From Eledone cirrhosa (taxonomy: Eukaryota), in the NCBI GenBank assembly GCA_964016885.1, contig OZ024742.1:190030001-190094000 (forward strand): DNA of 64,000 bases, in the 5' to 3' direction. A program made the position numbers and the translations under genes. Below the pieces are notes generated by a model. The model saw only the letters and a list, made by a program, of their open reading frames with translations, made no database searches and was not told where the DNA came from. Shown here one piece after another: positions 49,603-63,784 of this stretch (position 1 is the stretch's first letter; each line of letters begins with the position of its first letter).

Positions 49603-49801
49603 TTCTCAACACAGCTGTATACTACCTAAGTTTTAAAAGTCTACTCTAGCATAAGTCATAGAGACACTATATCTGCTAGTGTTGCTTATGTTTCAGCTAT
49701 CTTGGCATTGCCTGAAAAAAAGCAATGCTAGATATAGCATCTTAATGATCTATGCAAGAGTAGGCTTTGAAACATTAGGTAGCATGCAACTATTTTGAGA
49801 A
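49603..49801. repeat. Old fold-back element / MITE with ~80-bp degenerate arms
   Basis: TTCTCAA.A.AG.TG.AT.CTACCTAA...CTACTCT.GCATA...CTATATCT is mirrored on the opposite strand. Confidence 0.65.
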
Positions 49802-49829
49802 ATAATACTAATTATTATATATATGTATG

Positions 49830-49867
<38 letters not shown>

Positions 49868-49871
49868 CACA

Positions 49872-49971
49872 CAGGGTGTCCCCCCATCAAAAAAAAAAAT
49901 GTATACACACTTTCATTACCTGTACAGGCAATATTTATTAGAATGGTGTATACATTTTTTGGGACACCCTG
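49872..49971. mobile_element. 100-bp Tc1/mariner-type MITE
   Basis: TIRs CAGGGTGTCCC..AAAAAATGTATACAC / GTGTATACATTTTTT-GGGACACCCTG, within a TA/CA microsatellite. Confidence 0.8.
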
Positions 49972-50715
49972 TGTATATATATATATATATATATATAATC
50001 ACTTAGAAAATGTATAACCACAGTTGATTGCTATAGATAATAGCTTTAAAAAATTGGGTAAAATAACACTATAGATGTTTGGGACATCTACATTTTCTCA
50101 GAATTTTGTGTGTGAGTGTATATATATATATATATTTATTATTAGTACAGATTAAAGTTTAAGCAAATAATTTCTGCTTTCACCCTATACAGGATCTTTA
50201 CATATATCTATATGTAAATTACAGAAGTTATTGTTGACTTCGGTTTCTCTGTTCATTACGTCCTCATGGATTGTAATGTTAACCTTTTTCTGCATCTAAG
50301 TTTCACATTTAAATCTTCAAAACTATGTTGTAGAAGAGACTTGAATATTGAAGCTGCCAGGTCTTTTCTCTTCTACCTTCCTCCTTTTCTCTTCTACCTT
50401 CCTCCTTTTCTTGATTCCTTCACTTAGTAAATAATAGAAAGACTTGTTAATTGAGTATGTTTGTTATGTGTATGTATGTGTAATAAACACACAGGTGATA
50501 TTAAGCATTCGTTCTCTATTTCTAGTCTATAAACTATTACTAACTCTATTAATATTTACATTAATGTGGTAAAAAAAAAAAATGTATTGTGGCAGTCTGT
50601 AAACCAATTATTAGACTGTTTCTGAAAACCATCCTCAGTTTCATTTCCCAGTTTGGAAAACATCCCTTATATAAAATTTGCTGAGGCCTTTAGAGGGAAA
50701 GGACCTCAAAATTTC

Positions 50716-50946
50716 TTAACCCTTTTGTTATCATATGTTTATTGAAAGACACTGCCTATGATTTTCAAATAATTTTGAAAATAAGGAATTTGGTTATACA
50801 ATTAACTGGTGTTTGGTGCAAAACTTAACAAAGGTTATTATATAAAATTATGATGTAAAGTCTTTAAATAGATATAAACACTTTAAAACAGATTTGTATT
50901 GTAAAACCAGGGGCAGTTGTAGGTGGTTTGGTATCAAAAGGGTTAA
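50716..50946. mobile_element. piggyBac-type MITE with TTAA TSD (relatives at ~45500-45724 and ~54678-54913)
   Basis: TTAA-CCCTTTTGTTATCA ... TGGTATCAAAAGGG-TTAA. Confidence 0.78.
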
Positions 50947-53094
50947 TGTCGCCTTTCTTAAAATCTCGGGTTTCATGTCAATATAAAAATAAATAAATAA
51001 AACAAAACAGCATTATTATTACTACATTCATGTAATACTATTTAAAACAAACTAAAGTATAATTTTTTTTCTTCACAACAAAACCTGTAAAATGTCATGA
51101 AACAAAAAAAAAAAAAAAATTCAATTTCATGGAATATTCTGGCATTAAAAAAAATTACAAAAGAAGGTATCTTCTATTATATTGTTTTTTTTTCTTTTTT
51201 CATATTTTTAAAAAAATTAACTTCATGGATTATCTCGCTATCAAATAAATTCTTATTGTCGTAATTGGATTGAATAAATTTAAATTCCTTTCTTCAAATA
51301 AAAATGGAATTTTATTTGGGGGAAATTTTTTTGAAATTTTAATGGCTGTTTCAGCGCTCAGATAAAGTTACCTCCCTTTATTTCCCTCTTTTGTAACATT
51401 TAAAGCTTATTTTAACAATTAGATTTTTTCTTTTTCTATCTCCCATTTCTATTTCATATATCCCTCTTTCTATCCCCCCCCCTCTATATATTTCTATCTC
51501 CCGCTCTCTCTAACTCATCCCACATTTTTTTCTTTAAAAAAATACTTGTATATTTTTAGCTTTTGTTTCTCAATTTAAAAAATTTTTTTCAAATACTTTA
51601 TATGATATTGATTATAATTAATTTTGTTTAAACAATATAATTATTGTTGATGCAACAATGTTTTACTTTCTTTTACAGTTATTTATCTTAATTTTTTTTT
51701 TTATCTTTCTCTTCTTTTTAAGCTTAATTCAATCTAAAGAATTTTTTTTTTGTAAATTCTATAATCATTTTATATTAAAAGAAATTATGGAAAATTATAC
51801 AAAATGTTTGGTTTTGTGTGAATTGATTAAAATTATTTTTTTTTTTCTTGCTACTGAAACAATGTTTTATGGTTGAGTTTTGGAAATTGAATTTTACACA
51901 AATTTCCATTGCAGAAATCATGTTACAAATGGGTAGGGAAAACAAGACAACCTCTTTCATATTGGTGAGTGACATTATAAAATGTGTCCAGTATACTCTA
52001 TAAGGTGGTTTGTATGAGGAAGAGTATCCAGCTGTAGAAACTATGCCAAAACAATGTATCTGAACAAGACATGATCCACTGACATCAAGGAGAACAGGAA
52101 CTCCAATTAACTGTTTATGGCCAGAACTACATGAAATTAAATTAGCAAGAAGTTCTTGAAATGTCTAAAGCAATACTACTATTTTATCACATTAAAACTG
52201 AAGGTCTTTAGTTTAAAGCTGCAAAGTTTTACAATAATTACTCTTGGCTCTCAAATACCCCCCCCCTCCTCCTCACCATTACTTTTTAGAGATTTTTTTT
52301 CCAAACCTCCTTATGCCCCCCATTAAATTTTGCAAATCTATCTCCAGTGAAAATTTATTTTAAGTGGTAGCATTCCTGCAACAATTTTCTTTCGACATTC
52401 AAAAACATACTTGACAAAAAAAGTACATTACTAGAAATCTCATGTTATAGGATAGGTTGGGGGTCTCAATATATAAGCTAAATGACTAATTCTGGTTTTT
52501 AAAAAAATCAAAGGTAACAACGTAGAAAAATTATCGATTTTCCATCCCCCACCACTTATTCCAACTTCCCTGCATATTCCAGTCCTCTCACTTATGCCTC
52601 CCCCCATTATTTGGGACCTGAGTAATAATACTAGTTTTAGATATTCTCAACTGTATCATTACTGTATGTTAAGAGTTAAGTACTGATTTGGTCTATAATG
52701 ACCTCTCAAACTCATGCCTGCATAGAAACATGGAAAATGAATACAATGACTTTGGTTTAAGTTGTATCTATTTTTACAAAAATATGTGAAAAACCAGTGT
52801 GTGATTGATTATCCATATTCCAGGAGTTTGTAGTTGAAGGTGGTGATCAGGATGATAAAGCTAAAATAAGAACTGGGAATGATTATCACAATGGAAGACT
52901 GTATCTCAGTCAACTGAAACAACTAAAATTACATTTGGACTTTATATGTTCGTATATACATGTATGTGTATAATTTTTACTTTTGGCAATGAAAATATGA
53001 CATGAAAAACCAGCATGTGACATATAAAACCAATTCAGAATATATGATATATTATAAATATTGCAAGTAAATTGGAAGTGTGATCTTCTAAGGT

Positions 53095-53320
53095 CACATA
53101 TGACTATGGTTTTGCACCTAGAAAATTTCTCTCCAAGGCACAAGCCTGGGCAAGGTTTGTTTTGTGGAAGACCAGTAGTCGCCCATGCATATCAGTTTCC
53201 CCTCTCCATGCCACCGATGTTGTCCAAGGGAAAGGCAATGACCGATACAGCTTGGCATCAGTGACGTCGCAACTCATTTCTACAGCTGAGTAAACTGGAG
53301 CAATGTAAAATAAAGTGTGA
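53095..53320 (-). mobile_element. Probable fragment of another octopod SINE family
   Basis: GC-richer block ending CATTTCTACAGCTGAGTAAACTGGAGCAATGTAAAATAAAGTG, whose reverse complement resembles the TCACATTGCTC...CACTCAGCTG motifs seen elsewhere in the window. Confidence 0.5.
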
Positions 53321-56272
53321 TCTACACAGAAGTATATATTTTTAGGAAAGAGATATTGACTGTCAGAGAAAATGCCTTACAGTATTTGTTCTGGCTTTCT
53401 GCACTCTAAGTTCAAACCCTGCCATGGTCAACTTTGTTCATTCTTTCAGAGTTGATAAAATAATACAAACCCAGAATGATGAATTGGCAGAGTTATTACT
53501 GCTGGATGAGATTCTCTACAATGTTGGGGTTCTTTGCATTGTGAGTTCAGTTTCTGCTCTGGCCCACTTAAGTAGACTTTATCCATCACTCAGTTTAACA
53601 TCACTACTTGAGGAGTTCACTTTGTTGCAAACATTTGGGCCAGATTATTCAGTTTGAGGATCTTATTCTCTCACATCAGACTTGGAGGCCTTGAAAAGCA
53701 TTATGGTTGTTATTCTTTCCTCCACTACTAAAGAGTAATATAAGAATGTAACAATATTTTTTGTGAGACTAGGTCCTGCTGACTTACCTATGAAGGTAGT
53801 AACTTCTAGGATGAGCTATCTTAGACTTTGATAACTGCTCCAACTCATGTTAGCATGGAAAACTGTCATATGATGATGGTGATGGACTGTGACACTAAGC
53901 CATAAATTTGTAGTAAGTGGGTATAATTGATTGAATTGCCCCTAGTGTATTACTGATATTTGTTTTACTAAAATTATCCATTTACTAAAATTATCCATTG
54001 CCTGGTTTAACACCACCAGATGGCCCTTGGTGCATTTATTTGAGTCCATTCTGTTAAAATCATTCAAGTCAGGTCCCTGCTCTGGAAATACCTTGTCTTT
54101 TTGACCAGGTTGGTAACAAAAAGGTCAGTTTGTAAAATTTTGCAAACATTTTTAGTTAATCAAGAAAATATATTTATACTTATATGTGTATCATCATCAG
54201 TGTGTGTCCATAAAACATATATTGTTCATAAAACATATACATATACACCAGGTCCCAATACTCCATCTCTTTCACTCTCCCTCCTCATATCTCACTCAAC
54301 AACCTAGCAGCCATTGGAAAAAGTCATGGACTCTTCCCTTCCCTCCTTGATGAAACTGTAAAAACAAAACAACAACAACAAATAAAACAAAAACAAAACA
54401 CTTAACTAATTAACTCTTCAGCATTTACATTACTCTATATATACTATTGTATTTTTGTGGTAAAGGCTTTATCTCGCAATATTGAATCTATGAGATTTTG
54501 ATATTATTTATTTTGAGAACAAAACCTTAATATCAGTATGAGTGGCCAGTTATGGCTGGTTTGAACAGAAAGAGATGGGAGAGTTCTTGCTGGGTGTGGC
54601 CGGTTTAAATGCTAAAGGGCAACACACATCACATCAGAATGTTCAAGAATTCTTGCCTCTTAATCTGTTTGCTTGTGTAACTCTTTCATTACCACATTTC
54701 TAATGAAATACACCCTATTTCAATTCAATGTATAATTTTGAGGGATTTACTAAAATTATTAATTATTTCATTACTAAGATAGTAACTTAATGTAATGTTC
54801 TTATATAAAATTATATTGGAAGATTTTAATTTAAATCAGAAATCTTTAAAATAGGTGGCCTTATTACATAGAACCAGAACCAGTTTTGGCTGGATTGGTA
54901 ACGAAAGGGTTAAGAGCTGGAGCTTCACTAGGTCTGTGCATGTTACCCTTAGCAGTAAATGCATTTCTTTGCTGACCCATCTGAGATAGTGAAGGTATTG
55001 ATACATCCTCTATGTACATTCCTCCACATGTATCAAATAATAAAATCATATGTCTCTGCCCACTATATTCCAAGTGGGTCATACAGTTGTTACAGGCAAA
55101 GCATGTTGCTTAGAACACCTCCGAGAGTCACATGAAAAATTCATAGGCTGATCAAGATGGAATGACCAAATGTTTATTTTTCAACATAATCTTTGGAAAG
55201 AAACAATGCAGTTATTAATAAAAACAGTTGAAATTAAGCATGCAAGATTTCACAGTTTTAGCACCACTCCTTCATAATCAAACTATGAACCTTTCAGCCT
55301 ACTTCTGCAAACGAAGATGGTCCACCATTATCACGCAATAGGTATATGCCTAATATAATAAAAGTTTCCTAATTAGACACAAGGCCGGCAATGTTTTGAA
55401 TAAGAGGGAAAGTCTATTATACTGACACCAGTATTTTACTGGTACATTATTTTATTGACCCAGGAAGGATGAAAGACACTTGACCTTGGCAAGATATGAA
55501 CTCAGAACATACGGCACTGATAAAAATACTAGAAAGTATTTTATCCAATCCTCAAACAATTCTTTCCTGAGACATTGTAACCACATGCCCATAGTATCAG
55601 AGCTGTGATCTATCAATTCAGAGAAGTAGCAGCTCTACCTGGAGTAACTCTCTGATTTCTGAGCTATAGATTTATAGAGCTTGGAGATCAGAAAGTCGCT
55701 CCAGGTAGAGGCGCTACTTTTGTGGATTTGTCCACCATTACCAAGGATATATTCCTGGATATATTCCAGGCCAGTATCCAACGATTGATAACATATGCAA
55801 CAAGGTGTCCATCATGCTTTTCTATTCTGGTTTGTAGAACCCATAGGCCCATCTTTGACACTTCCTCTTCAGTATACAATGTTCCAATAGATAGAATTGA
55901 CATTATCTAATCTTCTTACTTACGGGAGTTTTCTACAGAGGCATTTATGTGTTATCTCCTGCTGCCACTTTGCAAATATGGCCACACGTAGTATCCATTA
56001 GCAGCTTCTGTGTGTTTCGTGTGTGTCTACGTAATGCTGCAATACAACAGCACCGATTCACAGTGACTAAAAACAAACTTATCTCTCTTCCACTTGACAG
56101 TTTAGATTTTCTACAGTTTATGGAACACTGAGAGACAGATATGGATAAATAAATAGATAGACAAACATGTAGGCGAACTGAGATAGATAAAGGATAGAGT
56201 GATTGACAGATAGAGAGACAGGTAGATGGAGGGCCAGGCAGATGGACATACATACATACATACATACATACA

Positions 56273-58440
56273 TTGCATGCCAGAACCTGATGTATAAGAT
56301 GTATACAGCCTGCCTGAACCTATTCCTCCAAGATCACTGTGAAAATAATAACATCATCACAGATGAACAAGCAGCTGGAAAGAAAGGGGTTTGGGGATGT
56401 GCTGAACAACTCCTAATCAACAAAACTGCGATGTCGGAGGTGCGACAATTTAGGTGGAATATGGCTACAGTCTGGCTGGACTACAGGAAAGCTTTCGATT
56501 CTGTTCCCCACTCTTGGATGATAGAGGCCCTCCAACTTGCTAAAGGGCCATAGAGAAGCTGTCTTCTTCTTGGGCTACTATCCTAAAGTTAAAGACAGAG
56601 AAGGTGGACTCTATTTTCACTGATAAAATAAAATATCGCAGGGGTATATTTCAGGGAGACAGTCTCTGTGTGTGTGTGATCCTGTCATTAAACTCCTTGT
56701 CTTTTCTGCTCAAGAAATGTGAAGGATACATCATTGGCTCACAGGATTGCAGAAATACGAACCTAACCCAAAATTTCTTTGATGATCTGAAACTCTATGC
56801 CAAGAACATGGATGTGATGAAGAAAAATTTTGACCTGGTTGCAATATCAAAGGATATAAGAATGGAGTTTGGCCAAGATAAATGCTCATATATGGCCTAA
56901 CTGTTTCACAGATATCTGATGAGGACTGCTACAGATACCTGGGGATAGATGAGAACATATCCTATAATGGTATCTGTAATAAGAAACGTGTAACCAGGGA
57001 ATACTACACCCAATTAAGAAAGATATGGTCATCGGAACTCTCTGCACAAAACAAAACTGACTCGCAATGTGTTTGCTGTGCCTGTCCTAATGCCAACTTT
57101 TGGAATACTCAATTGGACAATGGACGAAATCCAAGCGATTGATGTTAGAACTCGAAAAATACTAAACAACACCGGGAACTTCCACATTAACAGTGACATA
57201 GACCGCCTTTACTTGAAACGTAAGCAGGGAGGCAGAGGCCTAACATCAGTCCAGACAGCATTTAAATGTCGCATCATATCCCTCCGACAACATATACGGA
57301 CCTCAAAACATAGGAGCCCGTCTCTTGAAACAGATAAGATCATGCGAGTTGGGAAGGAACTCCTCAAGAGGTATTCCCTGTGTGATAATCAAAAACTTAC
57401 ACCCAGGGAAGTTGCTCAGCAGTATCGCAGTGAATCCATGGATGAAAAACTGCATGCTTATCAGCAAAAAATTATGTATGGATATGTTGCCAGGAAGCTC
57501 CAGAGTGAGAGTAATATAAATAAGGAAAGTAGTCTATCTTGGACCAACAACCGCTATATTGGTTCCCACTTTGAAGGTTATGCTTTTGCAATCCAAGAAG
57601 AGGAAATCAACACAAAATACCTGATTCACAAAAGAGATAGGGATGCAGGCAAAACACCTAGATGTGATAACCAGTGCAGACTCTGCAGAATTAACATCGA
57701 AGATGTCACCCATGTCATAAGCAGCTGTCCAAAGATGTCATTGCGGTACTATCTACCTATGAAGCATGAAGTAGTGGCCAAAACACTGTACAATGCAAAG
57801 ATAGTCTGATATTAAACACATTAAAAGCTACAGCAATGTGGAAGACATACATATACATAATAGGTCCACTAAAAACCCCAATAAAATGCAGGCATAACAG
57901 ACCAGATATTATCATATGGGACAGGGAAAAGAAGGCATGCATAGTAGTGGAAGTTAGCTGTCCAGCAGATGCCAATATAATATCAAAGATTAGCAAAAAG
58001 GAGAATATTTATGCAAAACTAATGAGAAATCTGCAGATACTCCACCCTGATTATACCTTCAGATTTATGCCTGTGATTATTGGGGCACTGGGAATGTTAG
58101 TAACTGCCTCAATACAAACCTTGAGAAGCTGGGCTTCACAGGAACAGAAAGAACGCAACTAGTTAGGAAATTACAAGTACAATCCATTAATGGAACAGTA
58201 AAAATATGTAAAACATTCCAAAAATGTTGCATCTAATAACTGCATATACACATGTACAGATACTAAGCATATACGCATGCACACATACAACTTAAAAATG
58301 CACATCCACACATACAATAACATCCATATCTACAGATGCAGACATGCATACATATCTACCTAGTTGATGTGTAAATTCGAATGAAAAAATTTGTGAAATT
58401 ATAAAACCAGAAAATTTGTGAAATTATAAAACCAGAAGAA
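56273..58440 (+). mobile_element. 5'-truncated, decayed R4/Dong-clade non-LTR retrotransposon inserted in (CATA)n
   Basis: RT motifs WLDYRKAFDSVPHSW, RGIFQGDSL, FDDLKLYA, FGQDKC, YRYLGI and RLYLKRKQGGRGL; Zn knuckle CRLC...HVISSC; RLE motif RPDIIIWDR..IVEVSCP; CATA repeats on both sides. Confidence 0.92.
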
Positions 58441-58730
58441 CATACATACATAAATACATACATACATACATACAGGCAGACAGACAGACGAAGGTTCATT
58501 CATAGAGATAGATTTGTTCGCTCAGTGAAGTATAAATAATGGCAAACCTTTCTTTTTTTCGTTCAAGTTGCAATATTTTGCCAAGGGCACTAACTCCTGA
58601 ATAGAGTTATTTCCCTTGAAAATCTTTGGATATAATGCGTTATAAAATTCTTGGCATAAGTTGCTATTTTGTGTATCGCTAAACTATGACACTTCAATAT
58701 TTAGAATTAGTTTGATTCTGTTTCAGTGTG

Positions 58731-58805
<75 letters not shown>

Positions 58806-58862
58806 GTGTGTGTATATATATATATATTAAAAAAAAATAGAGGTGTGACACACGAGTTGTGA

Positions 58863-59179
58863 TATATTAGTAAAAAGGAAAAGAAAATGCTGACAAATGT
58901 TTCCTAGCGAAAAATAGTTTAATTAGGAATAAGTATAAATTAGTAATAAGTATTGGTTAGTATTCAGTTTTAGTTTTAAGTTTTTACCGATTGCGCATTT
59001 CTAATGCTTTTCAAAAATAATTTTGAGATAGAGCGCTCGTGATGTTTGCTCTAATCTAACCAGATTAAACTTAAAACTAAAACTGAATACTAACCAATAC
59101 TTATTACTAATTTATACTTATTCCTAATTAAACTATTTTTCACTAGGAAACATTTGTCACCATTTTCTTTTCCTTCTTA

Positions 59180-59187
<8 letters not shown>
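58863..59187. mobile_element. (TA)n-embedded fold-back element with ~120-bp arms and an 83-bp spacer
   Basis: Arms 58863-58983 and 59067-59187 are near-perfect reverse complements. Confidence 0.88.
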
Positions 59188-59226
<39 letters not shown>

Positions 59227-59231
<5 letters not shown>

Positions 59232-59447
59232 AACGAGTAGGACCCCGACGGCTGAGCTCAAGCCGTTTCGACGGCTAATTCTGGACTAAATAGTTTTAGT
59301 CCAGAATTTAGTCCAGAATTAGCCGTCGAAACGGCTTGAGCTCAGCCATCGGGGTCCTACTCGTTCCTATTACGCACTCTACTACCCTAAGTATTGAGTA
59401 CTTTGGTGCGTTATAGTCCACCTGGTTCCTTACCACATTTCCTTCGT
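59227..59447 (+). mobile_element. Family A (TA)n-embedded element with inverted duplication and a hammerhead-like 3' half
   Basis: Palindrome 59227-59370; contains GACGGC...GCCGTC-GAAAC-GGCTTGAGCTCAGCC-(G/A)TC-GGGGTCC. Confidence 0.82.
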
Positions 59448-59529
<82 letters not shown>

Positions 59530-59670
59530 TAAAATGACAGGAGGCCGGATTGTTGCGTTTCATTGAGTGATTTTTCTACTGTTGCATCATGGTTAACTTT
59601 ACGGAACGACCAGTTCTATCCAGTGTTGAACCACCAACCTCAATGTAAAAAAATACATATATATATGTGT

Positions 59671-59731
<61 letters not shown>

Positions 59732-59732
59732 C

Positions 59733-59797
<65 letters not shown>

Positions 59798-59798
<1 letters not shown>

Positions 59799-60050
59799 TT
59801 AGAAATGTAAGCTATCGCCGTATTTTGACTAAAGAAATTAAAGAAATTATTTAGCCTGATAGTGGGGTTAAGAACCCTCGGAGAAATGGAAAAAGATACG
59901 TTAATACTCATCTTTTTCCATTTCTCCGAGGGTTCTTAACCCCACTATCAGGCTAAATAATTTCTTTAATTTCTTTAGTCAAAATACGGCGATAGCTTAC
60001 ATTTCTAATAATTTCAAACCCTCTCGCTGTTTCGAAAATATTCTTACTTG

Positions 60051-60054
<4 letters not shown>
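59798..60054. mobile_element. (TA)n-embedded fold-back element with 100-bp perfect arms and a 12-nt loop
   Basis: Arms 59798-59897 and 59910-60009, plus a short unpaired extension. Confidence 0.9.
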
Positions 60055-60145
<91 letters not shown>

Positions 60146-60213
60146 ACGTAAAATAAGAACATTTCTTTAAAAAATAAAAAAATAAAAAATTAACTTACTT
60201 ACTTAAATTTTCA

Positions 60214-60295
60214 CTCTAACTAATTAGTTTCTGCAATGGGATAAAGACAGTTACGTAATGAACTGTTGAGAATTTCATTGCGTCATCAGGGAGGT
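60214..60295 (-). ncRNA. Degenerate hammerhead-like motif
   Basis: CUGAUGA-cGCAAUG...CAUUGCa-GAAA-CUAAUUAG(palindrome)-UU; stem I only partly paired. Confidence 0.55.
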
Positions 60296-61453
60296 CATTC
60301 TCAGCCGAGTCTCCAGGCGATGCGCGGACACTGGGGACTCATATAAAAATAATAATAATTTGGCAACTGGAACAGCTATCGAGGACTGGATTCCAGCCAC
60401 TGAAAATTCTCACTGCCACTGATCATATGGCCGATTCTAAAGAATCAATCACGTGACACAGAGGCTAGTCAGTAGGAATGGGATGGTAAGATGACAGACG
60501 CCTACTAACACCCCCCCCAAAAAAATTTAGAAGTGGTTTTGGCAGGTTTGCTCTACAAATCAGTGATTTGGAGATAAATATAGATAATTTAATATATCTA
60601 CTAACATAAGCGCACAGGGATACAAGTGTTATCCAACCGTATGCCAATGTGGTTCTATGGGAGGTTAATAAATTAACTATCCAGAACATATAAAATCAAG
60701 GTTTAGCAAATAGAGAAAAAGTTTAAAAATAAATTTTAAAAAGTTCGCTGTACTTACTATATGTACCCTTACCGCGCGGTTTCAAATCCCAAAATAAATG
60801 GATAATCTAGGCGGACCACCATTGAGAAGGGGATATATATATATATATACCCCAAGGGGATATATATATATATATATATATAGATAGATATATACCCCAA
60901 ACGCAGAATATAGCGACACCACATTCGAGATCGCTATAAATAATAGCTTAAAAATTACAAGACCAACGACTAGTTATGTCCCTTGGTGAACCACAAAACA
61001 TAAATGAACACACATAAGTTTAATTATAAATTCATATGATGTTTGTTATAACAGATCACTGTAATTTACAGTAAATCAAAATAATATTTTTATATATTAT
61101 GGAATGGAAAATTCATGAAATAAATAAATAATTTGATAAATCATATTTCATTTCCTCCTTTTTTAATTTTCTTGAAACTAATACAATTTCAAAATAAAAT
61201 TAATAATATTATAAATGAGGAAAGGGTTAAAAAGGGCAGATCTAGTTGTGTGGGAAAGTAGAGGAAAGGGGTATAAAAGCCATAAATGATAAAATCACAA
61301 ATTATAAATTACATACGATTTATCAAAGAAACAATTCACAAAAAATGAGTATCGATCATCAAATCATTTTTGTGAAATTCAATTGAAAGATATGTATTAT
61401 TAAAAAATATGAAACAATCAACAATAAATAAATAAAGAGATGCGATGGCATGG

Positions 61454-61605
<152 letters not shown>

Positions 61606-61731
61606 GTGAGTTTTTTTTACAAAATCAAAAAAAAACCGAGGTGTCCGACACGAATGAAAGTATAAGGAAAAAAGATGAAATCGAAAATGCAACTGGAGTC
61701 TTTTTAAAAAAGAATATACATTCATTTGGTT

Positions 61732-61769
61732 CCTTTACCGGTTTCGCAGTTCTTCTGCTTTTCAAAAGT
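61732..61769 (-). ncRNA. Variant minimal hammerhead-like motif
   Basis: cUU-UUGAAAA-GCAG-AAGAA-CUGC-GAAA-CCGG-UA-AAG; non-canonical core (UUGAAAA in place of CUGANGA). Confidence 0.4.
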
Positions 61770-62105
61770 ACAATTGAGATGGAGGGTCTGTGGTTTTTCT
61801 CACATCTGGTTGGTCTTTGAATGTTACTTTTTTTATATGGAAAAAAGTGGCTCGAAATGCTAGGTTTTTAGAGAAGTGATTTGGTTGGTTGGTGAATATG
61901 TATAATAAATTTCGCGCCAGTTCGCGTTACAAAGTTCTTATTATATTTACCTTCAAAAAAAGGTGTGTGGGTGGGATTGGGGGTGTTGGCTCAGGTTGTT
62001 TTTTCATATATGAGTGAAGTTTGTTGGTTGGTGCAGTCACGTGAATAATCACATCAGCTTTCGCGCCAGTTTGTGTAAAAATTTCTTTTAACTTAAAAAA
62101 GGTGG

Positions 62106-62192
<87 letters not shown>

Positions 62193-62298
62193 AAGAGTCA
62201 GGACCCCTGACTCTTTTCCTATTACCCGCTTTCCTACCCTAAGTATCGAGTACTCTGGTGCGTTATGGTCCACCTGGTTTCTTACCACACTTTCTTTG

Positions 62299-62378
<80 letters not shown>

Positions 62379-62409
62379 TGAATAGGATGGGTGTGTAGTT
62401 GCTAGTTAA

Positions 62410-62920
62410 GGTAGGCTTAAAAATAAGAATAAGAATAACCAAGAACGGGGCGGGAGGGAGTCCTCATCAGTTGTCTACTGGGGGTCTCGGATATTTCAAT
62501 AACTAGGTAAGTTATTTGGAAAACGGAGGAGGGAGGGAAGTAAAACAGAAGGGAAAAGGGGAAAAAGGGAGAAAAGAGAAAAACAGCGGAAAAAAACGAA
62601 AAAACAACAAACCTAAGAATGTGCGACCAACTTGAAGAAAGAAAATCCAAGGCCCCGTCGGTGGCTGAACATAAGTTCTAGAGCGTGTGGACGAACGAAA
62701 AGAGACGTCTGATCCCAGAGAGTGTAATTGAGAAAAGAACTGCTAGAGGGTCAGGCGAGGGAAATAATGAGGTGGCTGGCAGAGGGAGGGTGAGTGAATG
62801 CTCTGGGGGTAGATATATTATCTTTAAAGCGTTGAAATATCCGAGACCTCAGTAGACAACTGATGAGGAAGAGTCCCCCTCCTCCCGTTCTTGCTTCTTA
62901 TTCTTATTTTTAAGCCTACC
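62410..62920. mobile_element. (TA)n-embedded element with ~90-bp inverted repeats
   Basis: 62410-62500 vs 62832-62920; both arms contain AGTAGACAACTGATGAGG. Confidence 0.75.
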
Positions 62921-62922
62921 TA

Positions 62923-63050
<128 letters not shown>

Positions 63051-63355
63051 ATATATATATATATATATGTATCTATATATATATGAATATGTCATTTATT
63101 TTGTCTGACCTGTTTAGCTTGACTTGTTTTTTGGCTTAGGTGGTTAATGGCTTCTTGACCGCCTTCTCAGTTTGTATAGCCTTTATAACCTATGTTTATT
63201 ACTCTGGTCTTTTTAGCCCATGGAGCGCTTGCCAGCATGACTCGGAATTTGCCTTACGTTTCGCTTTTTCTACCCGCCGAAATGCGATTCTCGCTGAATT
63301 TATATTTATATATATGTATATATATATATATATATATATCATTAAATTAAAAATC

Positions 63356-63393
<38 letters not shown>

Positions 63394-63397
63394 ATAA

Positions 63398-63510
63398 TAA
63401 TTGTTTCTACTTTAGGCACAAGGCCAGCAATTACCCAGTGCATTACTGGTACTTTATTTTATCGACGCCGTAAGGATGAAAGGCAAAGTCAACCTCGGCG
63501 GGATTTGAAT
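63398..63510 (-). mobile_element. 5'-truncated SINE copy
   Basis: Reverse complement of the SINE body. Confidence 0.88.
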
Positions 63511-63619
63511 TCATATATAGTAATAATAATAAATTTGAAGACTAAAATCCAAAGAGGGCTCGATAAGGATAAATTAAACTTTAATCTGTTATTTTAATAA
63601 ATATATATATATATATAAA

Positions 63620-63784
63620 ATAAACACATCAAACAATTTCAGGGGATAATTTGTAAGGAGTGTAAACACACATTGTTACGTAGGTAACATTAAAAATTAA
63701 CGTGAACCTTGAATATAGATACCTTACAATATTAATTAATCTCCTTTACAAATTATCCCCTGTAATAGTTTGATGTGTTTATTT
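63620..63784. repeat. Inverted repeat with ~40-bp arms
   Basis: ATAAACACATCAAAC..CAGGGGATAATTTGTAA.GGAG at 63620-63660 is mirrored at 63741-63783. Confidence 0.7.

Noticed and set aside
55720-56127. Minus-strand exon(s) of a third gene (acceptor near 56128, GTAAGT near 55918)
   Set aside because: All three frames contain stops. Faint KWKRDK and KRKCQRW words may reflect a decayed piggyBac transposase, but the evidence is too weak to call.
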